64,000 nt of DNA from Antedon mediterranea (lineage: Eukaryota; Animalia; Echinodermata). Within the stretch, counting starts at the first letter, position 1; every line of letters begins with the position of its first letter. The position numbers and the translations under genes were made by a program. The notes under the pieces are model-generated. The model was not told where the DNA came from. It ran no database searches and worked only from the letters and a program-made list of their open reading frames with translations. Positions 11,236 to 24,391 of this stretch are shown here, piece after piece. The stretch lies in the NCBI RefSeq assembly GCF_964355755.1, contig NC_092672.1:13888001-13952000 (forward strand), in the 5' to 3' direction.

Positions 11236-13745
11236 TTAAGCGGTTTTGCTGAGTTAAAGTGGACATTGTTTCTCCTGTTTTCGGCATTTTTGGACGTCAA
11301 CGTGGACATACATTTCATATATTACGAAGTAAGAGTTTGTCGTTTTATTTCTGACTGAGAGTTCCTCTTTAAAATGCGGAGGCCCTCGTTGGTCAATCTC
11401 GACTACGGAGATAAATCTGTTATTGTGAAAAGAGTTTTCGATGATCTGAAGTTGGCCAAGCTCAACTTGGAAGAGGTGGCTGCTGTGCAAAAATTGTCGA
11501 ATGGTTCGTTTGATGTGACATGGAAGACCGCTTCTACAGCTAGACGGGCTGCTGCCGTCCTAGCCGACTTACCGAACAGGCCAGTTTTACGACAATCGGG
11601 TCGTTGTGACAATCTTGTTTGTCGAATGTGAGGTGGATGATGGTGTGGTTAAACACATGTTATCCCGATATGGCGAAGTCACGGAATCGCGACGGCTTTT
11701 TTATAGTAATCAGCCTACGATTTTAAATGGAAATCGCCAGTATAGGATGGAATTGACTCGTGACATCCCGTCACAGATTCGCATCGGATCAAGGTACTGT
11801 TGGGTGCGATATTATGGACAGCCTAAAACGTGCCTGAGGTGTGGGATCGTTGGTCATCTGGTCCGAGACTGCTCGGAAAAGAAGTGTTCTAATTGCTTTC
11901 TTCTAGGTCATTTGGCCTTCGAATGCAAGAACAAAGTAGTCTGTTCGATTTGCACTGAAGCGGGTCATGTGGTTAGGAGGTGTCCTGTTTCTTTCAGCAC
12001 TAAAGATCGTGGTGGCAGTCAGCCTATTATTGAAGAGGACGGACTAACTTCAAGTGGAGAAGAGGAGCTTGTTGTGGTGGAAGATGCAGGTAATGTGACG
12101 GATATTGAGGAGGAGTTGGAGGTAGAGAGTAGGGAAGTGGTTGCATCAGGCTCGATACTAATGAGTACGTCAGAGAAGGGTTTAGGCCCCGGCCCTCCAA
12201 AGCTCTATTAGTGTTGGAGGTAGTGATGTGGAGAAAAATGAAGAAGACACGTTGGGGGGAGAGCAGGAGGAGTTCTCCAGCTGGGGCGATAGTGTTCCTT
12301 TACTGCCTAAGGTTGGGAGTATTTTCGATAATGATAGTGAGGGCAGTTTGGACAGTGATGACAGTGATTCCTCAGATGTTGTAAGTGCCAAAGACTCTTC
12401 GAATTTGGTAGTGGCAAAAGATGCATCTGTTGTGAACGCCAAGGCTCTGAAAAAGCTGAAAGAAGCCGGTTTTGAGAAGGAGATAGGAATGTCGTTATCC
12501 TGCGTGAAAGGTTGTTCGTTACCGGCTTTCTCCTCATGGCGTTCTTTTGCAGATCATATGGCAAAGAAGCATGGGAAGAGCGCAGTGGTGAACTCTCCGG
12601 TTAAATCTTGCAGAAAGTCGGCCAGCGGATTTATTCGGCCATTTGGCTTCATTCCACGCGTCCTACAGTATGTTGCTCGCACGTCAGTGTGAGAGTTGTT
12701 GAGGCAAACCTTTTCGAAATGAGTTATAGGGGACCACTGGTGTACTTTTTGTTGTTTTTAATGGTTTTGTGTGCTTCATTGAATGTGAATGGCTTTCGAG
12801 ATTCGTCTAGGAGAGCACAGGTTTTCAGCGCCTGCCGAAAGGGAAAGTTTGATGTTGTTTTTCCTTCAGGAAGTGCATTGTGCTTCTGATTCTGAAGGTG
12901 ATTCATGGGCGAAAGATTGGGCTGGTGGGGCATACTGGTGCGGGAGCTCTAGAAAAAGTGGTGGTTTTGCGATTCTTCTTCGGTTGGGGTTATCCCTATC
13001 AAACATCAGGCGAGATCCTACTGGTTCGGTAGTATCAGGCGTGGTTCATGTGGATGGGATAGATATTCAACTTTGCTCCTAATGAATCCGCTCGTCGAAA
13101 GATTTCCTTTAAGGACCTGCCTAAGTTTGTTTCGCCTGCTCTGTCTTGTTTGCTCGGCGGCGATTTTAATTGTGTCCCAGATGTTGACTTGGATAAAGTT
13201 GGTGGTACAGGGGCTGTCGAGTTAATGGAGTTTTGTTCGGCGCTCGGTCTTGTGGATCAGTTTCGGAAGCTGTATCTTGATGTTGTGGCAACGTCGTGGT
13301 CATCCGTGGCCAATGTTATCGCTTGTAGGTTGGACCGGTTTATGCTCCTGATTCGTTTTTTCTGAAGTCCATTTCCCATTCCGTTTGTGGTTTTTCTGAC
13401 CATGACTGCGTGGTACTGGATGCGATCGTGTCTGAGGAAACCCGCCGTGGTAGTGGTGCTTGGAAGTGCAATGTGTCTGTGCTGTCCGATCCTTGTTTTG
13501 TGGAGGATTTCACTACGAAGTTCAGATGGTGGCAGTCGCTCAAACCGGGCTACGATTCAATACTGGACTGGTGAGATAGTGTTAAGACTCGGTCCAAGTC
13601 GTTAATTATTGAACATTCATCGAGAATTAGTAGGGATAGTAATCAAGAAAGACAGCGGTTAGGGACTGAGTATGGGGAGCAGAATCATTTATTCTCTGTT
13701 TCTCGAGACCTAAAGCATTTGGATGTAATGGCAAAGTATAAGTGC
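11236..13745 (+). mobile_element. Tx1-clade non-LTR retrotransposon, Keno-like (U2-targeting); decayed and 3'-truncated, no RT
   Basis: ORF1 pieces at 11374-12692 carry three CX2CX4HX4C knuckles (CLRCGIVGHLVRDC, CSNCFLLGHLAFEC, CSICTEAGHVVRRC). ORF2 starts at 12761 with APE motifs SLNVNG, FLQEVH, LGGDFNC, RLDRF, SDH and GAWKCN, broken by frameshifts. Confidence 0.85.
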
Positions 13746-15110
13746 GGTTCAGAATTTTACGTACCAAGTTTGACACTGGTGAGATAACGAGTGGGCTATT
13801 ATATGAAGATAACCATCAAGGGAATTTCTCAACGTGGCCAGGTAGTCTGGAAGTGCAACTCCTCCGTATTAGAAGACTGTTTGTGGAGGACTTCATAATA
13901 CAATATAACATGTGGCGAATCTTGATTCCTGGATACGAGTCCATTCTTCAATGGTTGGATGATATTAAGGTCCGAATAAAAGGTTTGATAATCCGTCACT
14001 CGGCGAGAATTGTTGAAACTGAAAGACGAGAGAACGGTAGCGGCTGGAGGCCGAATACAATATACTTAAGTTTAAGGTAGGTTTGGATGTGGATGCTGTT
14101 GAGGAGGAAGAAAGCAATGTTCATGTGGATGGTTCTGGTGAGTTAGAGGACGGTTATGTGTCTACGCAAGATGACGAGGTAACACGAGCTAGTACTCGGT
14201 CAAATCGAGATGAAGGGGTATCACAAAGTACTGTGTCCACTCATGGAGATATGGGGTGACACAAACTAGTACTGGCAGCTGGGCAGATTATGCGATGGGA
14301 GACCTTCCTGAGGAACAAAAGTTGGTAATTCAAGAAGATGCTGAGGAAGAGGTGTCAATGTCCTCCTCTGATAAGGAGACGGTCAGGAGGAAAGGGCCCA
14401 ACTTAAGCCTGACGGTCCAAAATTCGTCAAAGAGAGAAGCTTTATATTAAGTTTCCCCCAAAGGTTGCACTAAGGGGTCCTTTACGGCTTTGGCTACATG
14501 TGGACCATATAGCGAAAAAGCATGGCAAGAGCAACGTAATGGTTGAATTCCCGGTTAGAGCGTGTAGAAGGCGGATGTCGAAGTAATCCCGCACTTGCCG
14601 GGTATGTATTGAGAACGTCAAGGAATGACATGGTTCGCCTATCGTTGCCATAGAAATTAGAGTTGTTTTTAGCTTAATTCTATTTTTAGCAATGGTCTTA
14701 TTCTGTTCTTTAAATGTAAATGGTTTAAGAGATCCTGCAAGCTTAGGGGACTCTTTGATGTTATTGTTTTACAAGAAGTTCATTGTGGTATGGATAGCGA
14801 CCAGTGGTCACGTGAGTGGGGTGCAAGCGCCTTTTGGGGTGAAAGCTCGGGATATTACTTAGTTTAGGTGTATCCCTTTCGAGAGGGGGACATGGATGGC
14901 ACTGTAATCTCAGGATTGGTGAAGTTTGGAGAGAGAAGTTGGTGCAGCTCTGTTGTGTGTATAATCCTAATGCACTGGCGGAGTGGATTTCCCCAGCCGT
15001 GCCTTGTGTTCTAGGTGGGGACTTCAATTGCATTATGGATGTTGAAACAGACAAAGTGGGTGGAAATCCGGGGCTCGGAACGATCGGCTCAGCCGAGTTA
15101 CGTGATTGTT
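13746..15110 (+). mobile_element. Fragments of a second, diverged Tx1/Keno-like copy (APE linker, ORF1 C-terminus, ORF2 N-terminus)
   Basis: 13830-14065 is paralogous to 13445-13690. The HIAKKHGKS-like segment near 14505 parallels HMAKKHGKS. MVLFCSLNVNGLRD starts at 14692 and LGGDFNCIMD..DKVGG lies at 15010-15065. Confidence 0.75.
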
Positions 15111-17220
15111 ATTTATTATATAATGAGTCCATGGGCCAGGTCCAGTTTTTTGCGAAAGCAGTATCAAATTGGTGGCAAATGCTACCATACATTTTTGGAA
15201 AGCTTAATATGTCTACTTTTCAGAAATCCATGATAGCAATGCCAATTGTGCAGCTTAATAGTCATTTTTAGGATTATATAACACCGCCTACGGAAAATAT
15301 GCAACACAAAATTTTGGGGTAGGAGGTAACACTTTTGCTAATAATTCGGGATTTAATTTACAGATTTGCATTTTCTTGGTATTAATATGTAGTGTATAGA
15401 CTGCTTAAGTGTAATATATATTTCTAAGTAAATCCAACAATTATTGACGCCATTAGAGGTCAGAAAGTCATTGAACTTTAGTAAGAAATGATTTTTTGTC
15501 TAATATTAACTTATAACTTTCAGTTTTTAACAAAAAAAATACAATAGATGTTATGCAAACTGATGTTTCCATGAACATATAGACCCAATAAACAAGAAAA
15601 TCGAAGTTAAAGATTAACAAAATATGAAAATGCTGTGTATTATGAAGAAATTTGTTGTTTTTAGTAATTTGTAATCAGTTTCAATTATGGGGTAGGGGGT
15701 AACATTTTTGCGAATAACTTACAATTTAGTTAACAGATTTGCATTTTCTTGCTATCAGTATGTAGTGTATAGATTGCCTAATTGTAATATATTATTTTTT
15801 AATTGAATCCCGCATTTATTGACATCTTTAGAAAGAATTATCTGGATCTACTGCTAAACTGTTCACCACAAGCGATCATTTGTTTTATATGGCAGTCACT
15901 TAATGCAATCAGTTTGGCCATAAACCGTCAGGCATATCGTTCGTACATCTGGCAACCACATTACTGGTACATATTTAATGAAAGAAGTGTAATTAGCTCA
16001 GCAAAGTCAAAGTACAAGAATATGTGACGGCGGCCCACCTTTTGACTGTTACTTTATGTAAAGGTTTAGTTGTCTCCACATCACTAGCAATAGCCGAGTC
16101 ATACTGTTTTTGTCCGTAAGATGTCTTTGGTTATATAGGTCGACTATTTGAACACTAGACATCTTGGGAGTTTATATAATTTTGTGTTTCAAAGTCTCTT
16201 AATAAGAATTTCGTTTACTAATCTGCCTGAAAATATAATTTAGATAATAATGTATAATGTTTATTTTTTTATTCATGGAAATTACGAGTGTCAGTGGTTC
16301 TTCTTCGAAAATGCATTATATTGGACTTGTCGTATCTTAAAACAATGATATAACATTAAAAGTGTGTTTCTGTGATAACGTTATTTGAAAAAACAGCAAA
16401 TTATATATCTAAGTAGGTATATTGTTGTGAGTGTTTTATTGGATCCTCTATGTTGTATGGTGTATCTTTATTGGAGTCATGATGCCACAAAACATATGTA
16501 TAATAATATATATTAAAATTATACAGTGGTGGTTAACGGAAAACAGGAAATAGCGGTCATTTTAGACGACATCTTGAATTGCGGAAAACTGTCAAAGATT
16601 TCTTTTATAATATTATGTCATTTTGTATATTATTCTAAACAGTTACATATTCATGAAAAAAGATGGTAAATCATTTCATCCATACACTTATTCAGTTATA
16701 GCAATAAATTGTCCCATACAACTCAACTCAACTTGATTACTGGTGAATAGAAAAAAGAGGGCCATCTATAGGAAAATCGACGAAGATAGCGTTAACAATG
16801 ACTGTTATAAAATAAATAATTAATTTTTAACTGAAATTTAATTTTAATTTATTAAATGAATAACTGTTCACAAGCAATGGTTTGCAAAATATTATCTTTA
16901 TTTGAAGTGGAGAAAGCGTAACATTCCATTGGCTATAAAATACTGTATTAGTGTATTGTATGTAGCCCTAATCGATTGCAGAATGCATTAGATATGTAAT
17001 TATTATAATTATTATATACATACACAAAATAAAATTGTTGAAACTTAAAACTTAATAATGCGGATAGCGAAAACCGAAAACCGAAAACCTTAACTTCATT
17101 AAGACTTGATTGAAGTTTTGATTATAGTAGACAACATCATTAAAGACTTAACTTACAGTAGGGAAAGATTGCATAATTGGATAACAAGAATATATTTCAA
17201 CACAGATTATATTATAATGA

Positions 17221-19040
17221 ACTAGCAATTATACCCGCCCCAGGGCGGGTTTCAAAATTAGTTTACAGCCTTCTCAGCACATAACAGCCGACGCCAGTAT
17301 CTGTCTATACTCACCAACCTCCACCCCTCTTCAATAACACCCCATACTCTTTCTTAAAAACAAATTCTTCCCAGTGATGGACAAATTAAATTCAACCTAA
17401 GCTTCGAATTGAGAGGAGTATGCATAGCTACGATGGGTCTAATAATGGTTGAAGTACATTGTAAATTGTGTAAATGAATAGGTGTCATATTGGCTGATAA
17501 TTAAAATATGTAATTTAGATACTGAATGATGAATGTGATAAAATACAGTATACATCAGAAACACAGTTATGTAGATTATCTGGAGACTCTACTGAAACTG
17601 TAAGACATATTATCAGTGGATGCAAGATGCTCGCCGAGAGAGAGTATAGAAAGCGTCATGACATGGTGGCATTGCGGGTACTGTACACTGGGAGATTTGC
17701 AGAAAATATGAATGTACTGTGACAAATGGTATGCCATCAGCCATCCGCAGTCACAGAGAATAAAGCATTCGAATTACTTGGGACATGACAGTTTACACGG
17801 ATAAGAAATTAAAACACAATCGACCTGATATTACTATTGAAAAGAAATGTAGGTTCCAATCGTAATTGGCGCTCTTGAAATAATTTCAAAAAAATGCAAA
17901 AAAATGGCATGAAAAGTTAAGAACTCAGATGTCGGCCATCCTGGAAACAGCACACATATTGAGAAAGCTGTTATGTCTCTTATAAGCTTCTTATTTCGTT
18001 CGTTTCCCAAGGTGAGACTTGATCTCGGTACCACCGAGCCATACACTCACTAAAAGTTGTAGAAAGATTAATCCGTGTATTTACTATGCAGTAACCACTT
18101 TGGTGCAGATAGATTATTACATACCGCAATGAATTATAATTTTTTACTATGATGACATCTCAAAAAATATAAATAAAAAAAATGATGCACTGTCAAACTA
18201 TATACTTTTAAATTTAATATATGAACATTTTAAGGAAGAAAGTTAATGTTAAGTTTGTTATTTCTTATGATTATTAATGATGACTTAATCAACCTTTGTT
18301 CTCTTAATTTCATAATAAATCATACATTATGATACACTTTAAGAAAATGAAATGCAAAATAGGTGTTCCTGAGCATTCTGACGATCTATATTAATTTTAA
18401 AATTTAGCACCATTTTGTTAACTTACACGTGCGTAGCGTGTCACTTTTGAGGTGCGTTAATTTCGAGCTGAAAAGTGAATCAAATACGATGATATCAAAA
18501 AAAAATTGTAAAACTGAAATCGGGCAAAAAGAGTGCGTATTAATGTTTAACGCGCAGTGCGCATGCAAAAATCTGCGCACTCATGGCAATTTTTTAAAAG
18601 CTTAAAATTGACTGAAACGTACTCTAATTTCATCGAAAATAAATTTTGACAATTTTGAAAATTTTAAGCGCGCATACGCATGCGTTATATGCGCTACGCA
18701 CGTAGTTGTATTGCCATATGATGAAATATGACCTGAAATTTATGAGTTAAATTTTATTTAATTGTGATTCATGCTTGTGAAGATATGATTACAAACGTGA
18801 TTTCGTTAAATCGTGCGTAGACCGCGTAAATTTTTGATTGCGCACCGTGAAAAACATAACTACATAGATTCCTGGCCATAAGGAATATACTCTGAAAAAT
18901 TGACTTAGCTATATACAACTGACATCAAGACAAGGCCATATACAAGTTAGTGTTTACCGACCGACCAACCAACCGACCGACCGACCAACCGACCAACAGA
19001 CCGACATAGTGAGCTGTAGAGTCGCGTTCCACGCGACTAA
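17221..19040 (+). mobile_element. Helentron/DINE-1-like non-autonomous element (composite)
   Basis: The left end has ACTAG plus the hairpin acccgcc-cca-gggcgggt. The right end has a (CCGA/CCAA)n microsatellite and the hairpin agtcgcgttccacgcgact. Whether both ends belong to one element is uncertain. Confidence 0.5.
17570..18030 (+). mobile_element. 3' fragment of an RLE-type non-LTR retrotransposon (R4/Dong-like), frameshifted
   Basis: Translates as CRLSGDSTETVRHIISGCKMLAEREYRKRHD...HWEICRKY...WDMTVYTDKKLKHNRPDI...VPIVIGAL...AILETAHILRK, covering the zinc-knuckle, RHD and RPD motifs. Confidence 0.8.
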
Positions 19041-20515
19041 CAATAACAAGGCCATATACATGGCTGCAGTCAAGTGCTCAAGTTAGTGTTTACCGACCCA
19101 CCGATCAACCGACCGACATGGTGAGCTATAGAGACTAATAAAAATATAATAACAAGCAAAAGCAAGCTACATGCAAACAATACAGTTACATACAGATCCG
19201 TCATCGAAATGCAACTGCCCAGCGTTCGGAGACGGAACCCAAACCACTTCGTTTAATGATGTTTTTATGGGATGATTTATGGAAAATCGGTGACGATAAC
19301 TTTAATAATGAGTGTTATATAAAAGTGTCTCAAGAACAATTTTGAACTAAAATTGGCGATTAGCGCTTCGTAACACTCCATTGGCCTTACCGATTGGATA
19401 TTTAATTAATGCATTTTGCTTAAAACTGATATTTTATGCAAATTGTGAAAACCGTTATGGCGCTCTGATTTCAGTGTGTCTTCTTACGCCTACACGAATC
19501 AGTATACAATAGGCAATCAGAGAAACGCTACATAGAGGTGACCCATAGCCCTACAGTAGGCCTATGCGGCCTAAAATAAATGCGCATTCTCATAATATTA
19601 CATCTCTCTGGAAAAAGAAACACAACTATAGACAATATTCAGATATTCATAATATTGTACTTACAAGGCTTACTTAATATATACGTTCTTGAATTCCAAT
19701 TACGTGGCCCGGTATAACTGCACAGTACTAACGCGTTCTTCGTGGAATGCCTCATATCAGGACAACTGGTTGCGGGAAATTTAAATTAGGTTAGATCGGT
19801 TGAAAAAGCCGAATTGTATGGCGCGCTATTTGTGAATAATACTAATGGTAGGCCTAATATTGTATTTTTAGGTGGTATACATTTCGTCACCGATATAGAT
19901 ATGACCGTATGAATGCAATTAATATTAATTCTTTATTTGTCCACTTATTTTCAGAGTGGAAATTCTTTTTATATGCAAATACATATAGCATATAAAAATA
20001 TTTTAACAGCAGTATACATATGATTTAATACATATATTTTTTGTATAAATTATTTATTAATAAACATTTTTTGTCCTAATTAGGCCTACCATTGCTGTTA
20101 CCAGCATTTCCAATATGTCTAATATTAACGATATCAAGAAAGAGATCATGAACATGAAAACTCCTTATAATTAATTATTAATCAGTGTAAACAAATTACA
20201 CTAGTTTTCTTTATATTACATAATATTATTGTGCCTCTGCATTCAGTATGTTTGGTGCTACTTACATTCTCTACTTACCTTTTACCTTTTATGGAAAGTC
20301 GTATTATGAATGATGGGGTTTAACATTCATATTATAGCCTACATTCAATTTGAACACATCTGAATTATATACGTCTGTGTAAAGTTACTGTACACTTCTT
20401 ATTATATTATATGTTGAATCGGGCATGAATCAAAATGAAAAAAATAAACAAGCCATGGTTTTATACTGTAGTATGACTAGCGGTGAGTAGTTTCACACAT
20501 TCTTCTATAGTTGTC

Positions 20516-23500
20516 TTACAATAAACATGTTTCGTAAATATTCTGTTCATTGTCAATTGATTCGTAGACATTCTCATCTTGTTCTTTGTAACACTGGTAT
20601 ATAGTATTCTTACTCACGTAATGAACATTCTGGTAAATTAAAGAATTGTCTGTAGTCCCTTTGGTGTTGGCTCCGTTTGGTTTACATCGTCGAATCAGGA
20701 TTATTGTCACCAAAAACAAAATAAACACAAGTGACGGAATTGTTCCACCCAGTATTCTAAAATAAAACAAAATAATATTTACTTACATAAACCAGCTTAA
20801 TATAGTATGTTACTAAAACTTGGTGTAATGAAAATCCACAAATGAAATTTACTAGTGTTTCTAATATTAATAATTTTCATTATTTTCAATTTTCCAATAA
20901 ATTATTGTCATAACATTTTTTTTCTCATATTAAAACGAAACCGATCTAATAAAGTACTTTTTAGTAGCTTTATCATTAGTAATTTACTCTGCATTAAACC
21001 TACTACTGTAACATTGATCAGGGTTTACTTTAAGTATGCTCCTCAGTGAAAAATAATGCTTCTCATATTTTTCAACATCTGCAGGATTCAAAATGGTGTA
21101 AGGCCCTCGCTAATACGGAATGCTTTACCGTTTTGGATTTTGGAGATGTCGCCTTTAAACTTAAGGTCAAGGAAGCCCTCCTTGAAACGACCTATAAATT
21201 ACTCAAGGAGCCGGGCTGCCGGGCCGCGATTTTTTTTTTCGTACATAAGTTGGGGACCCCATCATGAAACGTCACAAAATAAACATGAATAATTCATCAG
21301 TTAAATTTTCTTGTTCCGTGTGCACCCAAGCGTATAGCAACAAGAAGTGATTACACAAGTGCGGTACGATTCTAGGCCTATCTCCGCTGTGGTTGCCGCG
21401 TGCGATTTCATAATAGAATAGCGGAGTTTTGTGTGGATTGTCGAAATAATCAGCCTTTAGTTTATGGTGTTTTTAATATAGTTTATTACTAAAGAATTAC
21501 GTGTTAAAATTATAGTTTCTATTGATACTATTAGGCCTAATTACTAGTCTCTAATCTAAACCCCTGTATATTCTAGTAGTAGCTGTGTGGGTGTGTGTGA
21601 CTTGTGTCTTTGGGCTATGTCCAATTACTACTTAGTTTAATGTTTTGCCTAGCTGTCGATTAGCCTCGACACATTTTGCATAGTGGACGTGTGTGTGAAG
21701 AAGAGTGCGCGAAGGCAATCACGTGAATTGACCTAGAATCCTAGGCCTATTATTGTAGAAAGAATCGTATCGCAGTTGTTGTTCCGTGTGCACCCAAGCG
21801 TTCTTGGACATAGCCCAAAGAAAGCTTAGACCCACAAGAATAAAGAATGTGTATAATTTGTGTACTGTATTTTTTAAATTCTGCTATCAATTATCAAACA
21901 ATATGCAATGTACTCAAAGGAACTTTAAAAATGCGCGTATATGAACACATGAGATGGGAAGATTTGACCCACGAGAATAAAAAATGTATTTTTGTGTAAT
22001 GTTTATTGTTTAATTTTGCTGACTTATTACTCGGATTGTGTCATACCAAAGATAGTGTAACTATTACCAAAGATAGTGTAACTATCTTTGGTCATACCTA
22101 ACACACACACACGTCACACACATCCACACAGCTACTACTAGAATAGACATGGGTTTAGAGACTACTAATTAGGCCTAATAGTATTAATAGAAACTATAAT
22201 TTTAACACGTAATTCTTTAGTAATAAATTTTATTAAAAACACCATAAACTAAAGGCCGATTATTTCGACAATCCACACAAAACGCCGCTATTCTTCAACA
22301 GCGGAGATAGGCCTAGAATCGTACCGCACTTGTGTAATCACTTCTTGTTGCTATACGCTTGGGTGCACACGGAACAAGAACATTTAACTGATGAATTATT
22401 CATGTTTATTTTGTGACGTTTCATGAGGGGGTCCCCAACTTATGTACGAAAAAAAAAATCGCTGCCGGGCCCTGGTCCCCAGTATTTCATGTTAATACTC
22501 ACCCCCCCCCCCTCCCCCCCCCACCTACTATTAAAAACGGATCTGCGCCGTTGATTCAGACTATAGGCCTAATCACACATCAGGGCTTATACAAATTGTA
22601 ACAAATTTAATAATAAAAATAATATTAAGTGACGTAGCCAAATTATAGCATTGTATCATGTTAATACTACTAGATCTAAAGGGTATAACGTCGCTATACT
22701 CCATCTATTTTTAAATTATATATGCATTGAATAGTTAAAATTACATTATTTCCCGTTCTGTGTGTAATTTTGTGTGAAACAACAGAATCCAGTAGAACCA
22801 CCAACACCCGTCATCTAATTTGGTTTTACGTTTGTGAAAGTTGTTTTTAGCCTAATTCATCACATTACTAAACTCAGTAGTTTCATTTGTTCAACCAAAG
22901 GCTAAATCAGAATGGTAGACTAAGTTTATTCGTGGGACTTCTGATTATAGGTAGTACTAATCTAAATTTGCAACGAGAAGCGTTTGTGTATCTGTGTTAT
23001 GTTATTATAGACAAACGAGGTTATTTTGTGTATACTGAAAAGCTTATAAAGATGATTTAAATAAATAAAGATGTAAAATGTAACATTACATTATATACTT
23101 CTTATACTTTGTGTACGTCGTATCTGATGCATTAGTTACATTAAAGAAGCGGATTGTAACAAAATCGGTCTTCGTGTTTCCAATTACATCAGTAGCCTTC
23201 ACAAAAAATATGAGCGTTTCTTCATAATCAATATCTCTCAGTTCAATTGTCACCATTCCATTCTAAAATACGACAAGTTCGAGACTCTCAGTTTTAACAT
23301 TCTCCGTTGCTGTTTCAAATTAATTGTTTTCAAATCAAATTAAATACTATTTATTTGTCATGTGTAAAATATTATATAAATATAAAAACATAACATTATT
23401 ACTACTACTACTACTACTACTCATCAAATTTAATAGTTGTATTAAGACACATCATTATTTTTATTTCTATAATATAATTAACAAAAACAAATCCACAAAC

Positions 23501-24360
23501 ATTATGACAACAAAACATTAGGTTCCCATATTTGGTAGAATCCGGCCTAAAAGTATTTGTTGTAACCACTTTGCTATTTGACAATAACAAGGTAATTTTT
23601 AGACCATGTACTCTTTAGGCCTACATCAGCCAGTACCTTATTATTCGGCAATATCGTCCATTCCTGTTCCAGTTCATCGCCTTTTTCCACATCTGTTACA
23701 TTCTTTGTTTCCAGAAAGTAATAATAATTCATGGTTGTAACTAGATATTCGAATTTCATAATGCCCTCTTTATTTGGAATAGCTGATAAGGGCCGTCCTG
23801 GTGGCTGGGCATTTGAATCGTACGTCTCTTCAAAAACGTCGCCAATTGTTTCGATTGCAAGTAAGAAACCTTCATCGACATGTAATTTGTTCTGAAATCG
23901 CTTTTCCCATGATAACATTACCTAACAATTGGAACGATAACATTAAATATCAGCAAAAAACAAACAATAAAACGTAATTTGGTATAGTAGAACTTGTCCC
24001 GTCGTACCGCCACGCCGAAGGTGTCGCTTTTCAATCTAATTTGAACAGTATCATGACACCCTCAGTCGTTAGAAAATCTGTATATCCTCATCTTATCGTC
24101 TCAAAATTAATGTATTTATTATCAGTATATCATCAGACGGTTTATATATGTCCGAAAATCTACCAATAATAATATTAACAAATTTAATTAATGAATAACC
24201 CTAATACTTAATAAATGTACAGTTAAATGCTCAACTAGTCTAAACAGTTTCAAGACCAACCTAAAGACGTCGCTATTCGCTGATGTTCACGCACGTTGTT
24301 AATGCACAAAGCGCCATGAGCGCCACATGGGTGGAGGATACCGGCGCTATATAAGTTTTC

Positions 24361-24391
<31 letters not shown>

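Noticed and set aside
14692-14730. Possible resumption of U2 (TCTGTTCTT) after the retrotransposon
   Set aside because: It is coding sequence for the APE start MVLFCSLNVNG, and no further U2 sequence follows.
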